The translations under genes and the position numbers were made by a program. A DNA stretch of 64,000 nt from Myxococcota bacterium (lineage in GTDB: Bacteria; Myxococcota_A; UBA9160; UBA6930): NCBI GenBank assembly GCA_965223705.1, contig OZ245015.1, positions 3,936,001 through 4,000,000 of the forward strand, written 5' to 3'. The notes under the pieces were generated by a model. That model was not told the DNA's origin and made no database searches. It saw nothing but the letters and a program-made list of their open reading frames with translations. Positions 1-10,515 of this stretch are shown here, piece after piece (the first letter of the stretch is position 1; each line of letters begins with the position of its first letter).

Positions 1-162
1 GAACGTCACCAGGGATTGGTACGCATGGAAACGGACGAAGCGGCTCTCGCGTTCGAGCACGAGAAACAAGATGCCCGTGACAAAGCCGAGCAAGTAACAG
101 AGGGCGCCCGCCAGCTCGGGATCGAGCCCGCTCGAAGAAATTTCCCGACTCGGTTCTTCCAC
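1..162 (-). CDS. DUF4870/Tic20-like membrane protein, 5' part (runs off window edge; absent from ORF track)
   Basis: Manual translation from GTG at 162 with GGAGG upstream: MEEPSREISSSGLDPELAGALCYLLGFVTGILFLVLERESRFVRFHAYQSLVTF, matching the A-L-x-Y...FVRFHAxQS pattern. Confidence 0.75.
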   Translation of the reverse strand, partial: MEEPSREISSSGLDPELAGALCYLLGFVTGILFLVLERESRFVRFHAYQSLVTF

Positions 163-174
163 AACGCCTCCAGG

Positions 175-1155
175 CTAGTCGCTCGGTTCGAGGCTCGAAG
201 ACGTGCAGTGTCCGTCGACCGAGCGTCGGAGCGCTTGCGCTTCTCCGACGGTGAGCACTTCGAACCGGTAGAGATCTCCGGGCTTCGATTGTCCGAGCTT
301 CCAAAACGCGCCCGATGGCACGGTGTAGGGACAAATGAAGCCGCCCATGCTCGGTGCATCATTCACCAAGATGATGGGTGTTTGCCCCCCGAGATTGATG
401 CCGCCCAAGGGATAGCCCTGATCGAGAATGTTCGACGGCTCGGAGCCGTGCTCGGGTCCTTTGTTCGTCGCTTTCTCGGTGAAGGTCCAGTCGGGTCCCT
501 CCAGGCGGTAGCCGGAACGACCACTTTGTGCGGACAGTTTCCAGGCGGTCGACAAGAAACGTTCGTGCCCTGCGGCATCGACCCAATCGTCGTTCGGTCC
601 GGCAACCACTTCGATCGTCCAGGATTTGTCGGTGGCGATCGGGGGCCGGTGTGCTTCGGCGACACGTTTGCCAGGCGTGCCCGATCCGGATCCCAATTCG
701 AGCGCTTGACCCTTTTGGATCGGACCTCCGTCGAACCCCCCGACGTTCGCGCCGACGAACGTCGAGCGTGAACCGAGCAGCACCGGCGCCTCGATACCGC
801 CGGCGAAGGCCAAGTACGCGCGCGCCCCGACCTTCGCGAGACCGGTCACCAGGGTCTGCCCCTTTGCGACGGAAACGCTGGTCCACATCGGGATCGGCTC
901 ACCATCGAGTTTCGGCGCGACGTCGGCCCCGCACAGCGCGATCGTCGCCTCCTCATCGAAGCGCAGCGTCGGTCCCATGAGTTGTACTTCGAGCCCGGGA
1001 TCCCCGGCTTCGTTTCCGACCAACAGGTTCGCGAGACGGAACGACCAGGAATCCATCGGTCCCGAAGGGGGGAACCCCTGGTTCCAGTAACCGATGCGCC
1101 CCGGGAAATCTTGCACGCAGGTTTGAATGCCCGGCTTTTCGACGAAAATGCTCAT
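175..1155 (-). CDS. Biotin-dependent carboxyltransferase family (PxpC/KipA, allophanate hydrolase subunit 2-like)
   Basis: C-terminal part of ORF 175..2214 from MSIFVEKPGIQTCVQDFPGRIG; GFPPSGPMD, ANLLVGN, LGSRST, SGRSGYRL motifs. Confidence 0.85.
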   Translation of the reverse strand: MSIFVEKPGIQTCVQDFPGRIGYWNQGFPPSGPMDSWSFRLANLLVGNEAGDPGLEVQLMGPTLRFDEEATIALCGADVAPKLDGEPIPMWTSVSVAKGQTLVTGLAKVGARAYLAFAGGIEAPVLLGSRSTFVGANVGGFDGGPIQKGQALELGSGSGTPGKRVAEAHRPPIATDKSWTIEVVAGPNDDWVDAAGHERFLSTAWKLSAQSGRSGYRLEGPDWTFTEKATNKGPEHGSEPSNILDQGYPLGGINLGGQTPIILVNDAPSMGGFICPYTVPSGAFWKLGQSKPGDLYRFEVLTVGEAQALRRSVDGHCTSSSLEPSD

Positions 1156-1162
1156 ATCGCCT

Positions 1163-2032
1163 CTAGAATCGCTGTTCGGCGTCGATGGTGGACGCCCAGG
1201 CCTTGTATTGCCCCAACGAGAACTTCTGATACTCGACGACGTTGTACACGTAGGTGCCTTCTTTGACCCGCGCTTCCACTTCCTCGAATTCTTCCTGGGT
1301 GACGGGGATGTACCGATTGCGATCGCCCGCTCGAAACAACACGATCTCCCCGTCGAAGACGTCGTAGCGCGACGCCGTGTCCCAGATCGGAACCGGGGTG
1401 CGTCCGAAGATCTGATAGCCACCGGGGGTTTCCGCCGGGTAGATACAGGTACACGCACCGCCCATTCCGACGGCGCCCTGGGGCGTGAACGTGCGGGGAG
1501 GATTGTACTTCGGAGCGGTGAGTCGGGAACGCGGATCGAGGGGCATCGTAAACGCCACGCCGGGGTAGAAGCCCAGTGCTGCCGCCCAGTACTCCGTCGC
1601 CGAGTGAACTCGCACCAAATGATCGGCGTCTTCCAAGCCGTTGATCCGCGCGACAAAATCCGGATCGAATTCTTTCGGGGTGACCTCACGGCAGTAGTCT
1701 TCGATGCACTGACGCGTCCACGGATCGAGGTACATCGTCTCGAACATGAAGAGGCGACTCGCGACTTCGATCTCGTCGACGGGTCCCAGGTTCGACTGCA
1801 GCGAGCGCAGCTCTCGACACAAATCTTCGTAGCCCACGCGATCCGGGTCGTAGTGCACCAACAGTGTCGCGAAGCACGGCGCGGTTTCGATGACGCCGGT
1901 TGTGCCGTTTTCGTCGATCGCCCGCGCCAAGCCCTGGGCGAGGAAGTTGATCTCGAGCGACATCGAATCGCCGAGCTCGACCAACACGTAGCGGTCGCCG
2001 CCCGGGAGATAGCGCGGTTCTTCGTACAGCAA
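1163..2032 (-). CDS. Carboxyltransferase domain protein (PxpB/KipI, allophanate hydrolase subunit 1-like)
   Basis: GGDRYVLVELG, LGFYPG, KYNPPRTFTPQGAVGMGG, ETPGGYQIFGRTP; adjacent to its partner subunit. Confidence 0.85.
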   Translation of the reverse strand: MLYEEPRYLPGGDRYVLVELGDSMSLEINFLAQGLARAIDENGTTGVIETAPCFATLLVHYDPDRVGYEDLCRELRSLQSNLGPVDEIEVASRLFMFETMYLDPWTRQCIEDYCREVTPKEFDPDFVARINGLEDADHLVRVHSATEYWAAALGFYPGVAFTMPLDPRSRLTAPKYNPPRTFTPQGAVGMGGACTCIYPAETPGGYQIFGRTPVPIWDTASRYDVFDGEIVLFRAGDRNRYIPVTQEEFEEVEARVKEGTYVYNVVEYQKFSLGQYKAWASTIDAEQRF

Positions 2033-2126
2033 GGGCCCCTCCAGCGGGCCATTGTGTACCGGACGACGCCTGGGCTCAAGGCCGGGGGGCGGCAGCGAAG
2101 CCGGGGCGGAAGGCCGGGGCTAGGGC

Positions 2127-3470
2127 CTAGTCGCGATAGAGCGAAAGGCGGTCCGCGACGCGCTCCCGAAGCTCCGTGTCGAGGACGCCGAGACCTTCTT
2201 GCGGTGCGAGGCACAGGATGCCGACCTTGCCCTCGTGCTCGTTGCGGTGCACGGAGAGGGCGGCCTCACCGGCTTGCTCGAGGGGGAAGGTCTTCGACAA
2301 CGTCGGATGGATCGCACCCTTCGCGATGAGGCGGTTCGCCTCCCACGCTTCGCGGTAGTTCGCGAAGTGCGTGCCGATGATGCGCTTCAGGTTCATCCAC
2401 AGGTAGCGGTTGTCGTAGACGTGCTCATAGCCCGACGTCGACGCGCAGGTCACGATCGTCCCGCCGCGTCGCGCGACAAAGACGCTCGCGGCAAAGGTCG
2501 CCCGGCCGGGGTGTTCGAACACGATGTCCGGATCTTCTCCACCGGTGAGCTCGCGGATCTGCGAGCCGAAGCGGCGCATTTCGCGAACGTCCATCTGTCC
2601 GTCCTCGGTCCAGAAGTCGTAGCCTTCGGCCTTCCGATCGATCACGCGATCACAGCCCAAGCGCTTGACGATGTCGACCCGGCTTTCGCTCGAAACCACG
2701 CCCACCGGGAACGCCCCGCCGTTCAGGGCGTACTGCGTCGCGTACCCGCCGAGGCCGCCCGACGCGCCCCAGACGAGCACGTTGTCGCCCTGCTTCATGG
2801 CCGCACCGTTCCGGGAAACGAGCTGCCGGTAGGCGGTGGAGTTCGTCAAGCCGTTGCAGGCCGCTTCTTCCCACGTCAAGTGAGGGGGCTTCGGCATCAG
2901 TTGGTTCGAGCGCACGAGCGCGACGTCCGCCATACCGCCGAAGTTCGTTTCGAACCCCCAAATGGTCTGGTTCGGATCCAACATCGAGTCGTCGTGCCCG
3001 TCCGGAGACTCCATGTCGACGTAGTTGCAGTGCACCACGACGCGGTCGCCGGGCTTCCAGCGCGTGACGCCGGGTCCGACGCGCAACACCACGCCGGACG
3101 CATCGCTCCCGACGATGTGATACGGCAAGTCGTGGCGCGCCCAGAATTCGTCGCGGCGTCCGTTGCGGGCGAGGAACGCGAAGGTCGAGATCGGCTCGAA
3201 GATCGACGTCCACACCGTGTTGAAGTTGACGGCCGAGGCCATCACGGCGATCAGAGCCTCATTCGGGCCCAAGTCGGGAAGCGGAACCTCATCGACGTGC
3301 AGGGATTTGCGGGGATCCTTCTCGTCGCTCTCGAGGCCTTCGAAGATCAGTTCTTCATCGCGGTGGGTCGTAACGGCGCGTACCCGCTCGGGTAGCGGCA
3401 GACCCAGGATTTCGTCTGACGAGGCACGGGCCTCAATCGCCTCGACGAGAGGCGCAAGCGTGGGGGGCAT
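2127..3470 (-). CDS. ccrA: Crotonyl-CoA carboxylase/reductase
   Basis: MASAVNFNTVW, HIVGSDASGVV, IWGFETNFGG, WGASGGLG, FEHPGRATF, DNRYLWM signatures. Confidence 0.93.
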   Translation of the reverse strand: MPPTLAPLVEAIEARASSDEILGLPLPERVRAVTTHRDEELIFEGLESDEKDPRKSLHVDEVPLPDLGPNEALIAVMASAVNFNTVWTSIFEPISTFAFLARNGRRDEFWARHDLPYHIVGSDASGVVLRVGPGVTRWKPGDRVVVHCNYVDMESPDGHDDSMLDPNQTIWGFETNFGGMADVALVRSNQLMPKPPHLTWEEAACNGLTNSTAYRQLVSRNGAAMKQGDNVLVWGASGGLGGYATQYALNGGAFPVGVVSSESRVDIVKRLGCDRVIDRKAEGYDFWTEDGQMDVREMRRFGSQIRELTGGEDPDIVFEHPGRATFAASVFVARRGGTIVTCASTSGYEHVYDNRYLWMNLKRIIGTHFANYREAWEANRLIAKGAIHPTLSKTFPLEQAGEAALSVHRNEHEGKVGILCLAPQEGLGVLDTELRERVADRLSLYRD

Positions 3471-3662
3471 TCTTTCGCTCCTAAAACCTCAATGTCCGTG
3501 AGTGTCCCGGAACCCTCCAACCGTAACGCGACCTGTGCGGACTGAGAGTCACCGCCTGGGCTTTCGTCTCCTCGTGCGGTCCGGGAGCGACGGTTCCGGT
3601 CACCCTATATATTCGGCCAGCTTTTTACCTCACTTGGCCCCAGCGGGGCACGGAGATCGACG

Positions 3663-4556
3663 ATGGCTCAGGAATACGCAATTCGCCCGCGCCGTAGCGT
3701 GCTGTACATGCCGGGTGCAAACGCCCGCGCGCTCGAGAAAGCGAAGTCGCTGCCCGCCGATGCGTTGATCCTCGACCTCGAGGATTCCGTGGGTCCGGAC
3801 GCCAAAGAGGAGGCCCGAGACCGCGTCGCAGAGACCGTACGGGCTGGCGGCTACGGGCGCCGCGAGCTGATTATTCGCGTGAACGGCTTCGACACGCCCT
3901 GGGGCGAAGGCGACTTCGAGGCGGCGGTGCAAGCGGGCCCCGACGCTGTGCTCGTCCCCAAGATCGCGGGCCCACAGGACGTCGCCGCTCTCAACCGGCG
4001 CTTCCAAGATCTCGGAGCGCCGGAAGAGATCAAGCTCTGGGTCATGATGGAAACGCCGCAGGCCATTCTTTCGGCGCAGGCCATCGCCGCCGTGGCAGCC
4101 GCCCCGGGCAGCCGCCTTCAGGCCTTCGTCATGGGCACGAACGATCTCGCCAAAGAGATGAGTCTGACCCAGACCCAGGATCGGCTCCCCCTGGTGACGG
4201 CTCTCGGCATCTGCGTCCTCGCGGCTCGCGCCTACGGAGTGCTCCTCATCGACGGCGTCTACAACGACATCAAGAACGTGGAGGGGTTCCGTGGCTCAGC
4301 GCAACAGGGCGTCGAGTTCGGTTTCGACGGCAAGACTGTCATCCACCCGAGCCAAGTGGGTCCCTGCAACGAGATCTTCTCACCGCCGGCCGAAGACGTC
4401 GCAGCGGCGCGCGAGATCATCGCGGCGTTCGAAGAGCCGGAAAACCGGGGCAAAGGCGTGATCAGCCTGAACGGCCGCATGGTCGAGCTCCTGCACGCGG
4501 AGATCGCGAAACGCACCGTCGCAATCGCCGACGCGATCGCGGCCGTCGAAGCCTGA
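3663..4556 (+). CDS. CitE/HpcH-family CoA ester lyase (malyl-CoA lyase/thioesterase-like)
   Basis: RPRRSVLYMPG, ILDLEDSV, MMETP, MGTNDL, GFDGKTVIHPSQ; divergent from ccr. Confidence 0.85.
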   Translation: MAQEYAIRPRRSVLYMPGANARALEKAKSLPADALILDLEDSVGPDAKEEARDRVAETVRAGGYGRRELIIRVNGFDTPWGEGDFEAAVQAGPDAVLVPKIAGPQDVAALNRRFQDLGAPEEIKLWVMMETPQAILSAQAIAAVAAAPGSRLQAFVMGTNDLAKEMSLTQTQDRLPLVTALGICVLAARAYGVLLIDGVYNDIKNVEGFRGSAQQGVEFGFDGKTVIHPSQVGPCNEIFSPPAEDVAAAREIIAAFEEPENRGKGVISLNGRMVELLHAEIAKRTVAIADAIAAVEA

Positions 4557-4580
4557 ACCGCTACAGCATCAGCCCAGTGG

Positions 4581-5576
4581 CTACGACGCGGAGAGCTCGA
4601 GCATCAGCTCGATCGGGCGCAGCGCCTGTAGCCGGATTTCCTCGGGCACGGTGACCTCGGGCTCGAGGTCGCGCAGACACAGGTAGAGCTTCTCCAGGGT
4701 GTTGAGGCGCATGTACGGGCACTGGTTGCACGCGCAACTCTCGTCCATGCCCGGCGCCTGCAAGATGGTCTTTACGCGTCCGCGCTCCGCGAGTTCCTGC
4801 TTAATCTGGTGGAAGACACCGTCTTCCGTCGCGATGATGACCGTGTCTTCCGCGCACTCGATCGCTTCGCGGATGATCCCCGTCGTCGAAGCGATGAAGT
4901 CCGCCTGAGCGAGAACCGCGTCGTCGCACTCCGGATGCGCCAGTACACGGGCCTTGGGGTGCTCGACCTTGAGCTGCGCCAGGCGCTTCGCGCTGAACTG
5001 CTCGTGGACGATGCAGGAGCCCGGCCAGAGAATCATGTCCTCGCGACCCGACTCCTTGGCCACCCAGCGGCCGAGGTGACGGTCCGGGCCGAAAATGAGC
5101 GGCGCGTCGCCAAAGTGCTTCACCATCTTGACGGCGTTCGACGAGGTGCAGATCAAGTCGGACAGCGCTTTCACTTCCGCCGTGGTGTTGATGTAGGAAA
5201 TGACTTTCGCGCCGGGGTGCGCCGCGATGAACTCCTTGAACTTGTCCGGAGGACAGCCGTCGGCCAACGAACAACCGGCGTCGAGGTCGGGGACCACGAC
5301 CTTCCGATCGGGATTCAGGATCTTCGCCGTCTCCGCCATGAAGTGGACGCCGCAAAACGCGATGACTTCGCGGTCGACCTTCGCCGCGGCCTGAGCCAGC
5401 GCGAGGGAATCTCCGACGAAATCCGCGAGATCCTGGACTTCCGATTCCTGGTAGTAATGCGCGAGAAGCACCGCGTTGCGCTGCTCTTTCAGCTCGAGGA
5501 TCGCGCCCTCGAGATCGTCGGGGAACGACTCTCGGGCGGTTTTCTCGGGCGCTAGCAAGGTGGGGGGTCGACTCAC
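4581..5576 (-). CDS. nadA: Quinolinate synthase
   Basis: [41 protein letters not shown]; three Fe-S Cys. Confidence 0.95.
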   Translation of the reverse strand: MSRPPTLLAPEKTARESFPDDLEGAILELKEQRNAVLLAHYYQESEVQDLADFVGDSLALAQAAAKVDREVIAFCGVHFMAETAKILNPDRKVVVPDLDAGCSLADGCPPDKFKEFIAAHPGAKVISYINTTAEVKALSDLICTSSNAVKMVKHFGDAPLIFGPDRHLGRWVAKESGREDMILWPGSCIVHEQFSAKRLAQLKVEHPKARVLAHPECDDAVLAQADFIASTTGIIREAIECAEDTVIIATEDGVFHQIKQELAERGRVKTILQAPGMDESCACNQCPYMRLNTLEKLYLCLRDLEPEVTVPEEIRLQALRPIELMLELSAS

Positions 5577-5603
5577 AGAAGCCTCCGCTTTCGGTCCATT
5601 TCT

Positions 5604-6389
5604 TTAGACGTTACGGGGAGATCCCGTATTCGCCAACGCGCGGCCGAGGACCAATGTGGGGACCCCAGAGGGAGGATCCGCCAGTTCGAAGACCGAGGTC
5701 CCTTCCTTCCGACCGCGGCGCGGCGGCTGCGCTGAGAAGCCCGCCTTCTCGATGCGTCGGTGAGCGTCCTCGACGGATCCCACGCGGAAGGCCAAACCAT
5801 AGAGCCCGTCGACGGCGCGCCGGTCGGTCCCGTCGAGCGCGGCCGTCACTTCGACGGTGACGCCTGCGGTCCGAAAGAACAGCATGCGCGCATTCCACGC
5901 CGGGAACGAGCGGTCGAGCGGGAGCCTGAGCCCGAGCTGCGCCCCGTAGAGCTCTTTGGCCGCGTCGGGATCGGACGTTCTCACGACGACGTGGTCGAGG
6001 TATTTGACCGCCGAAGGTTCGGTCGTCGGTGCCGCGTCGGTGGCTTTTGCCTCACACAGTGAAATGAAGTTTCCGCGCGGGCCGGCACACACTCGGTCGC
6101 CTTCGAATACGAGTCCGCGCCGCTCGAGCGTCTCCCGCGCGCGCGGGACGTCGTCGCACCCGAACACCAGACCGCGCAGGCCGTGTTCGGAAGCGGCTCG
6201 GCCCGGCACGAAGTCGATGCCCGAACGTTCGAAGCGGAACGAGATCGCAGCTTCGGTCTCCCGGAGCGGCGCGAGCCCGAGAAAGGCGGACCAGCGCCGG
6301 CCGGCGGCAGGAAGGTCGGGCACACCGACCACGACGTGATCGAGCGCTCGAAGGGGACCTCGCTCGTCGGGATGGATTACAGGTCCCAA
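5604..6389 (-). CDS. VOC/glyoxalase family protein (two domains)
   Basis: Repeated LDHVVV motifs, LYGLAFRV; start uncertain. Confidence 0.75.
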   Translation of the reverse strand: MGPVIHPDERGPLRALDHVVVGVPDLPAAGRRWSAFLGLAPLRETEAAISFRFERSGIDFVPGRAASEHGLRGLVFGCDDVPRARETLERRGLVFEGDRVCAGPRGNFISLCEAKATDAAPTTEPSAVKYLDHVVVRTSDPDAAKELYGAQLGLRLPLDRSFPAWNARMLFFRTAGVTVEVTAALDGTDRRAVDGLYGLAFRVGSVEDAHRRIEKAGFSAQPPRRGRKEGTSVFELADPPSGVPTLVLGRALANTGSPRNV

Positions 6390-7423
6390 AAGAAATCCTC
6401 GTTCGTGAGTTCCGGTTCTTCCTCGACCGGCTCGGCTTCGTCGCGGTCGCCCTCCTCGACCGCTTTCTCTTTGCGCACGATGGCGAGCTGGTCCTCGAGA
6501 TCCGTGGTCTCACGTTGCCAGTAGGATTCGGTGCCGAAATGCGGGAAGGCATCGGGGAACGCGGGATCTTCGAAGCGGCGGGCGATCCACGCGGCGTACC
6601 ACACGTAACGCATGGCGCGAAGCGGCTCGACCAATGCGATCCAGCGGTCGTCGAACTCCCGAAACTGCCGATAGGCCTCGATCAGAAGCGCGCGTTGGCG
6701 CCTGCCTTCGGCATCGCGGCCGGGCAGCATCATCCAGACGTCCTGCACGGCCGGACCGACGGCAAAATCGTCGAAGTCGAGGAAGAACCAGCCCTCCTGA
6801 CCGCGCAGCAAGTTCCCGAAATGGCAATCGCCGTGGATTCGATGCAGGGGCGTGTCACGTACGATCTCGTCGTAGTGATCGGCGATGGCGAGGGCCGCCT
6901 CGCTGTAACGCCGCGCGCACGAGGGCGGCAGGCATTCGTGGGTCTCCAAGAAAGCGAGGGGTACGCGTACGCGGGACGCCGCGTCGAGGTGGGGCCGCGC
7001 TTCGCTCCCCCGGGTCGCACCGACGTTGTGGAGCCTGGCGAGCAGCCGCCCCAACACCTCGATGTCGGTGTCCGCGAGCTCGTCCGGAGACCGACCGCCG
7101 GTCCGTGGCCAAACCGCGAAATGGAGCCCCTCGTGGGTCGACAACGTCTCCCCCCCTGCGGCGATCGCGATCGGCGCGCACACGGGGACTTCAGCGGCCA
7201 CGAGGTCGCGCAAGAAACCGTGCTCCTCTTCGAGCGCACGGCGCGACCAGCGGCCCGGGCGGTAGAACTTCATCACCACGTGGCGCTCGTCTTCGAGGCG
7301 AACGTCGTAGACCCGGTTTTCGAGGCAGGTGAGTGGCGTACAGTGTCCAGTCGGCCGCAGTCCGGCCCCTTCGGCTGCCTGGAGAACGACCTCGGGCGTC
7401 AACTGAAAGAAGAACTCCGTCAC
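6377..7423 (-). CDS. srkA: Stress response Ser/Thr kinase RdoA/SrkA (YihE)
   Basis: ENRVY, KFYRPGRWS, EEHGFL, RIHGDCHFGN, LDFDD, GPAVQDVW, DPAFPDAFP. Confidence 0.9.
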   Translation of the reverse strand: MTEFFFQLTPEVVLQAAEGAGLRPTGHCTPLTCLENRVYDVRLEDERHVVMKFYRPGRWSRRALEEEHGFLRDLVAAEVPVCAPIAIAAGGETLSTHEGLHFAVWPRTGGRSPDELADTDIEVLGRLLARLHNVGATRGSEARPHLDAASRVRVPLAFLETHECLPPSCARRYSEAALAIADHYDEIVRDTPLHRIHGDCHFGNLLRGQEGWFFLDFDDFAVGPAVQDVWMMLPGRDAEGRRQRALLIEAYRQFREFDDRWIALVEPLRAMRYVWYAAWIARRFEDPAFPDAFPHFGTESYWQRETTDLEDQLAIVRKEKAVEEGDRDEAEPVEEEPELTNEDFFWDL

Positions 7424-7506
7424 GCCGATGACGGTAGCGGGTGCCGCGGGAAATCGGCCGGGATCGACGTGATTCGGTAGTTTTTCCGAGCACTTGAGGA
7501 GACTTC

Positions 7507-9501
7507 ATGGCAACCGCCCCCAATTCCCCGAACTCCGCGAACCGCGACCGTCCGTGGTTGTTCCGAACGTATTCCGGACACTCTTCCGCTCGCGCCTCGA
7601 ACGAGCTCTACCGGAGCAACTTGGCGAAGGGCCAAACCGGGCTCTCCGTTGCGTTCGACCTGCCGACCCAGACCGGCTACGACGCCGATCACCCCCTGGC
7701 CCGCGGCGAGGTCGGCAAAGTCGGCGTCCCGATCAGCCATATCGAGGACATGGAAGTCCTGTTCGACGGAATTCCCCTCGATCGCATGAACACCTCGATG
7801 ACGATCAATGCCACGGCGGCCTGGCTGCTGGCGCTCTACACCGCCGCGGCCGAGCGCCAGGGCGTCGCTCCGAAAGAGCTCTCGGGGACGACCCAGAACG
7901 ACATCATGAAGGAGTACCTGTCGCGGGGGACGTACGTCTTTCCGCCGGAGCCGTCCCTGCGACTGATCAGCGACATGGTCGCGTACACGGTCGAATCGAT
8001 TCCGAAGTGGAACCCGATCAACGTGTGCTCCTACCACCTCCAGGAAGCGGGCGCGACGCCCGTTCAAGAGATCGCCTACGCGTTTGCGAACGCGGTCGCG
8101 GTGCTCGACGCGGTGCGCGCTCGCGCCGACATCTCCGAAGAAGTGTTGCCCCGCGTCTTCTCGCGCATTTCCTTCTTTCTGAACGCGGGCATTCGATTCG
8201 TCGACGAGGTGTGCAAGGTCCGCGCGATGACTGCCCTTTGGGAAGAGCTCGGACGCGACCGCTACGGCGTCACCGACGAAAAGAGTCTGCGCTTTCGCTA
8301 CGGCGTTCAGGTGAACAGCCTTGGGTTGACCGAAGCACAGCCCGAAAACAACGTGATCCGAATCGTGCTGGAAGCGCTCGGTGTCACGCTTTCGAAAGAC
8401 GCGCGTTGTCGTGCGCTGCAGCTGCCGGCGTGGAACGAGGCGTTGGGGTTGCCGCGCCCGTGGGATCAGCAGTGGTCGTTGCGAATCCAGCAAGTGCTGG
8501 CCTACGAGACGGATCTCCTCGAGCACGAAGATATTTTCGAGGGCTCGAAGGTCATCGAGTCCCGAACCCGCGATCTGGTGGACGCCGCGCGCGAGGAGCT
8601 CGAACGCGTCGTCGAGCTCGGCGGCGCTGTCGCGGCCATCGAGAACGCCTACATGAAGCGGAACCTCGTCGAGTCCCATACGGCGCGGGTCCGGAGTATC
8701 GAAGCCGGCGAGATCACCGTCATCGGCGTCAACGCGTTCGAGGCGGGGGAGCCCTCTCCGCTGGTCTCCGGCGATCGCAGCATTCTCACGGTGGACGAGT
8801 CCGCTGAACGCGAACAGATCGAGCGGCTCTTGGCCTTCCGGTCGAAGCGCAATGACGAAGACGTGCGCGACAGCCTGCGCGCTCTCGAAGACGGCCTGCG
8901 TTCGGGCGAAAACGTCATGCCGCTCTCGCTGCGGTGCGCGCACGCGGGCGTGACGACGGGAGAGTGGTCCGACACCCTGCGCGCACTCTTTGGCGAGTAC
9001 CGCGCACCGACCGGCGTCTCGGCCCGCACGCCGGAAATCGAAGGCGAAGCCATCGGCAAAGTCCGCGAGCGCGTTGCGAAGCTCGGCGAAGAGCTCGGCC
9101 GTCCGCTCAAGATCCTCGTCGGCAAACCCGGGCTCGACGGACACAGCAATGGCGCCGAGCAGATCGCCGTGCGCGCCCGCGACGTGGGCATGGAAGTGGT
9201 CTACGAAGGCATCCGCTTGACGCCGGACGAGATCGTCGGCTCCGCGCGCGACGAAGGCGTACACATCATCGGACTCTCGATCCTGTCGGGATCTCACGGT
9301 GTGCTCGTTCTCGACGTGCTGGACGGACTGAAGCGCCACGGTCTGCCACTGCCCGTGGTCGTCGGCGGCATCATCCCCGAAGACGACGCCGAAGCGTTGC
9401 GCGAGGCCGGTGTGGAGCGTGTCTACACACCGAAAGATTTCGACCTGAATCGCATCATGGATGAGATCGTCGACGTCGTGGCCGAGTCCGTCGGTGACTG
9501 A
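7507..9501 (+). CDS. meaA: B12-dependent ethylmalonyl-CoA mutase (MeaA/Ecm)
   Basis: RDRPWLFRTYSGHS, GQTGLSVAFDLPTQ, RYGVQVNSLGLTEAQPENN, QLPAWNEALGLP, GKPGLDGHSNG B12 motif. Confidence 0.93.
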   Translation: MATAPNSPNSANRDRPWLFRTYSGHSSARASNELYRSNLAKGQTGLSVAFDLPTQTGYDADHPLARGEVGKVGVPISHIEDMEVLFDGIPLDRMNTSMTINATAAWLLALYTAAAERQGVAPKELSGTTQNDIMKEYLSRGTYVFPPEPSLRLISDMVAYTVESIPKWNPINVCSYHLQEAGATPVQEIAYAFANAVAVLDAVRARADISEEVLPRVFSRISFFLNAGIRFVDEVCKVRAMTALWEELGRDRYGVTDEKSLRFRYGVQVNSLGLTEAQPENNVIRIVLEALGVTLSKDARCRALQLPAWNEALGLPRPWDQQWSLRIQQVLAYETDLLEHEDIFEGSKVIESRTRDLVDAAREELERVVELGGAVAAIENAYMKRNLVESHTARVRSIEAGEITVIGVNAFEAGEPSPLVSGDRSILTVDESAEREQIERLLAFRSKRNDEDVRDSLRALEDGLRSGENVMPLSLRCAHAGVTTGEWSDTLRALFGEYRAPTGVSARTPEIEGEAIGKVRERVAKLGEELGRPLKILVGKPGLDGHSNGAEQIAVRARDVGMEVVYEGIRLTPDEIVGSARDEGVHIIGLSILSGSHGVLVLDVLDGLKRHGLPLPVVVGGIIPEDDAEALREAGVERVYTPKDFDLNRIMDEIVDVVAESVGD

Positions 9502-10483
9502 GCTCGCGCGGGCCGTGCTTCGAGGCGATCGCGCAGCGGTCGCGGAAGCGCTCAACTTGGTCGACGACCAGCGCGAACCCCGCCAACGAGAAGCGCGCGC
9601 GCTACTGCGCGCGCTGGGAGCGGCAGGGCGCCCCCCGAGCCCACGCGTCGGCCTCACCGGGCCGCCCGGAGCCGGGAAATCGACGCTTCTCGACGCCCTC
9701 GTTCGAGCCTTGCGCAGTTGCGGGGACCGCGTCGGTGTTGTCGCGGTCGATCCGTCGAGCCAACGCAGCGGCGGTGCGCTGCTCGGCGACCGCATCCGCG
9801 TGCGATCCGGAGTCCGCGACGACGGCGTGTTTTTCCGTTCGATGGCCGCCCGGGACCGTTTGGGTGGACTGGCGGCCGCAACCCGAGCGAGCGTCGACAT
9901 TCTCGAAGCGGCCTACGACTGGGTGCTCATCGAAACCGTCGGCGTGGGTCAGTCCGAAAGTGACATCGTCCATCTGTCCGACACCTTGGTCTACGTCGCG
10001 CAGCCCGGGGCCGGGGACCTTCTCCAGTACATGAAAGCCGGGATCGTCGAGTTGCCCGACCTCTTCGTCGTCAACAAATCCGATCTGGGTAAGGAAGCGA
10101 CACAAACCGCCAGCGAGCTGCGCTCGGGCGTCGCGTTGGCTCCGCGCGAAACTTCGGGTTGGGAGCCGCCGGTGCTTCTGACGTCGGCGCGGGACGGCGT
10201 CGGGATCGACGCGCTGTGCGCAGCCTTGGCCAACCACCGCGCGGCACTCGGGGCCGAAGCACTCGCCGCGCGACGACAGCGCGGTCGTGATCACTTTCTT
10301 CGCGGTGCGCTCCTCGACCGCTACGGAACCTTCGGGCTCGCAGCCTTTGGCGGCAGCGGCGAACTCGAAGCGCGCCTCAAGGCGATGTCCGACGTGCCGC
10401 TTTACGAAGTGCTCGATCAGATCGGCGAGCAGTTCGAGCGCGCCCTCGCGAGGACTGCGAAACAGGCTCGACCCACACCGTGA
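9494..10483 (+). CDS. meaB: Mutase-associated GTPase chaperone MeaB/ArgK
   Basis: GPPGAGKST, AVDPSS..SGGALLGDRIR, IETVGVGQSE, VNKSD; GTG start overlaps mutase stop. Confidence 0.9.
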   Translation: MTELARAVLRGDRAAVAEALNLVDDQREPRQREARALLRALGAAGRPPSPRVGLTGPPGAGKSTLLDALVRALRSCGDRVGVVAVDPSSQRSGGALLGDRIRVRSGVRDDGVFFRSMAARDRLGGLAAATRASVDILEAAYDWVLIETVGVGQSESDIVHLSDTLVYVAQPGAGDLLQYMKAGIVELPDLFVVNKSDLGKEATQTASELRSGVALAPRETSGWEPPVLLTSARDGVGIDALCAALANHRAALGAEALAARRQRGRDHFLRGALLDRYGTFGLAAFGGSGELEARLKAMSDVPLYEVLDQIGEQFERALARTAKQARPTP

Positions 10484-10515
10484 CGAAGCCAGGCGACTCC
10501 GGTATGCCTATCGCC

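Noticed and set aside
16..771. 251-aa plus-strand ORF at the window start
   Set aside because: Antisense to the carboxyltransferase and DUF4870-like genes; no motifs
175..2214. 679-aa ORF as a single fused protein
   Set aside because: The N-terminal half is Arg/Ser-rich off-frame overlap of the 1163..2032 gene; the real protein starts at ATG 1155
7420..9900. 826-aa minus-strand ORF and similar long ORFs (18313..20031, 26844..28352, 47621..48913, 23341..24852)
   Set aside because: Antisense shadows of well-supported genes, expected from high-GC codon bias; no recognisable motifs
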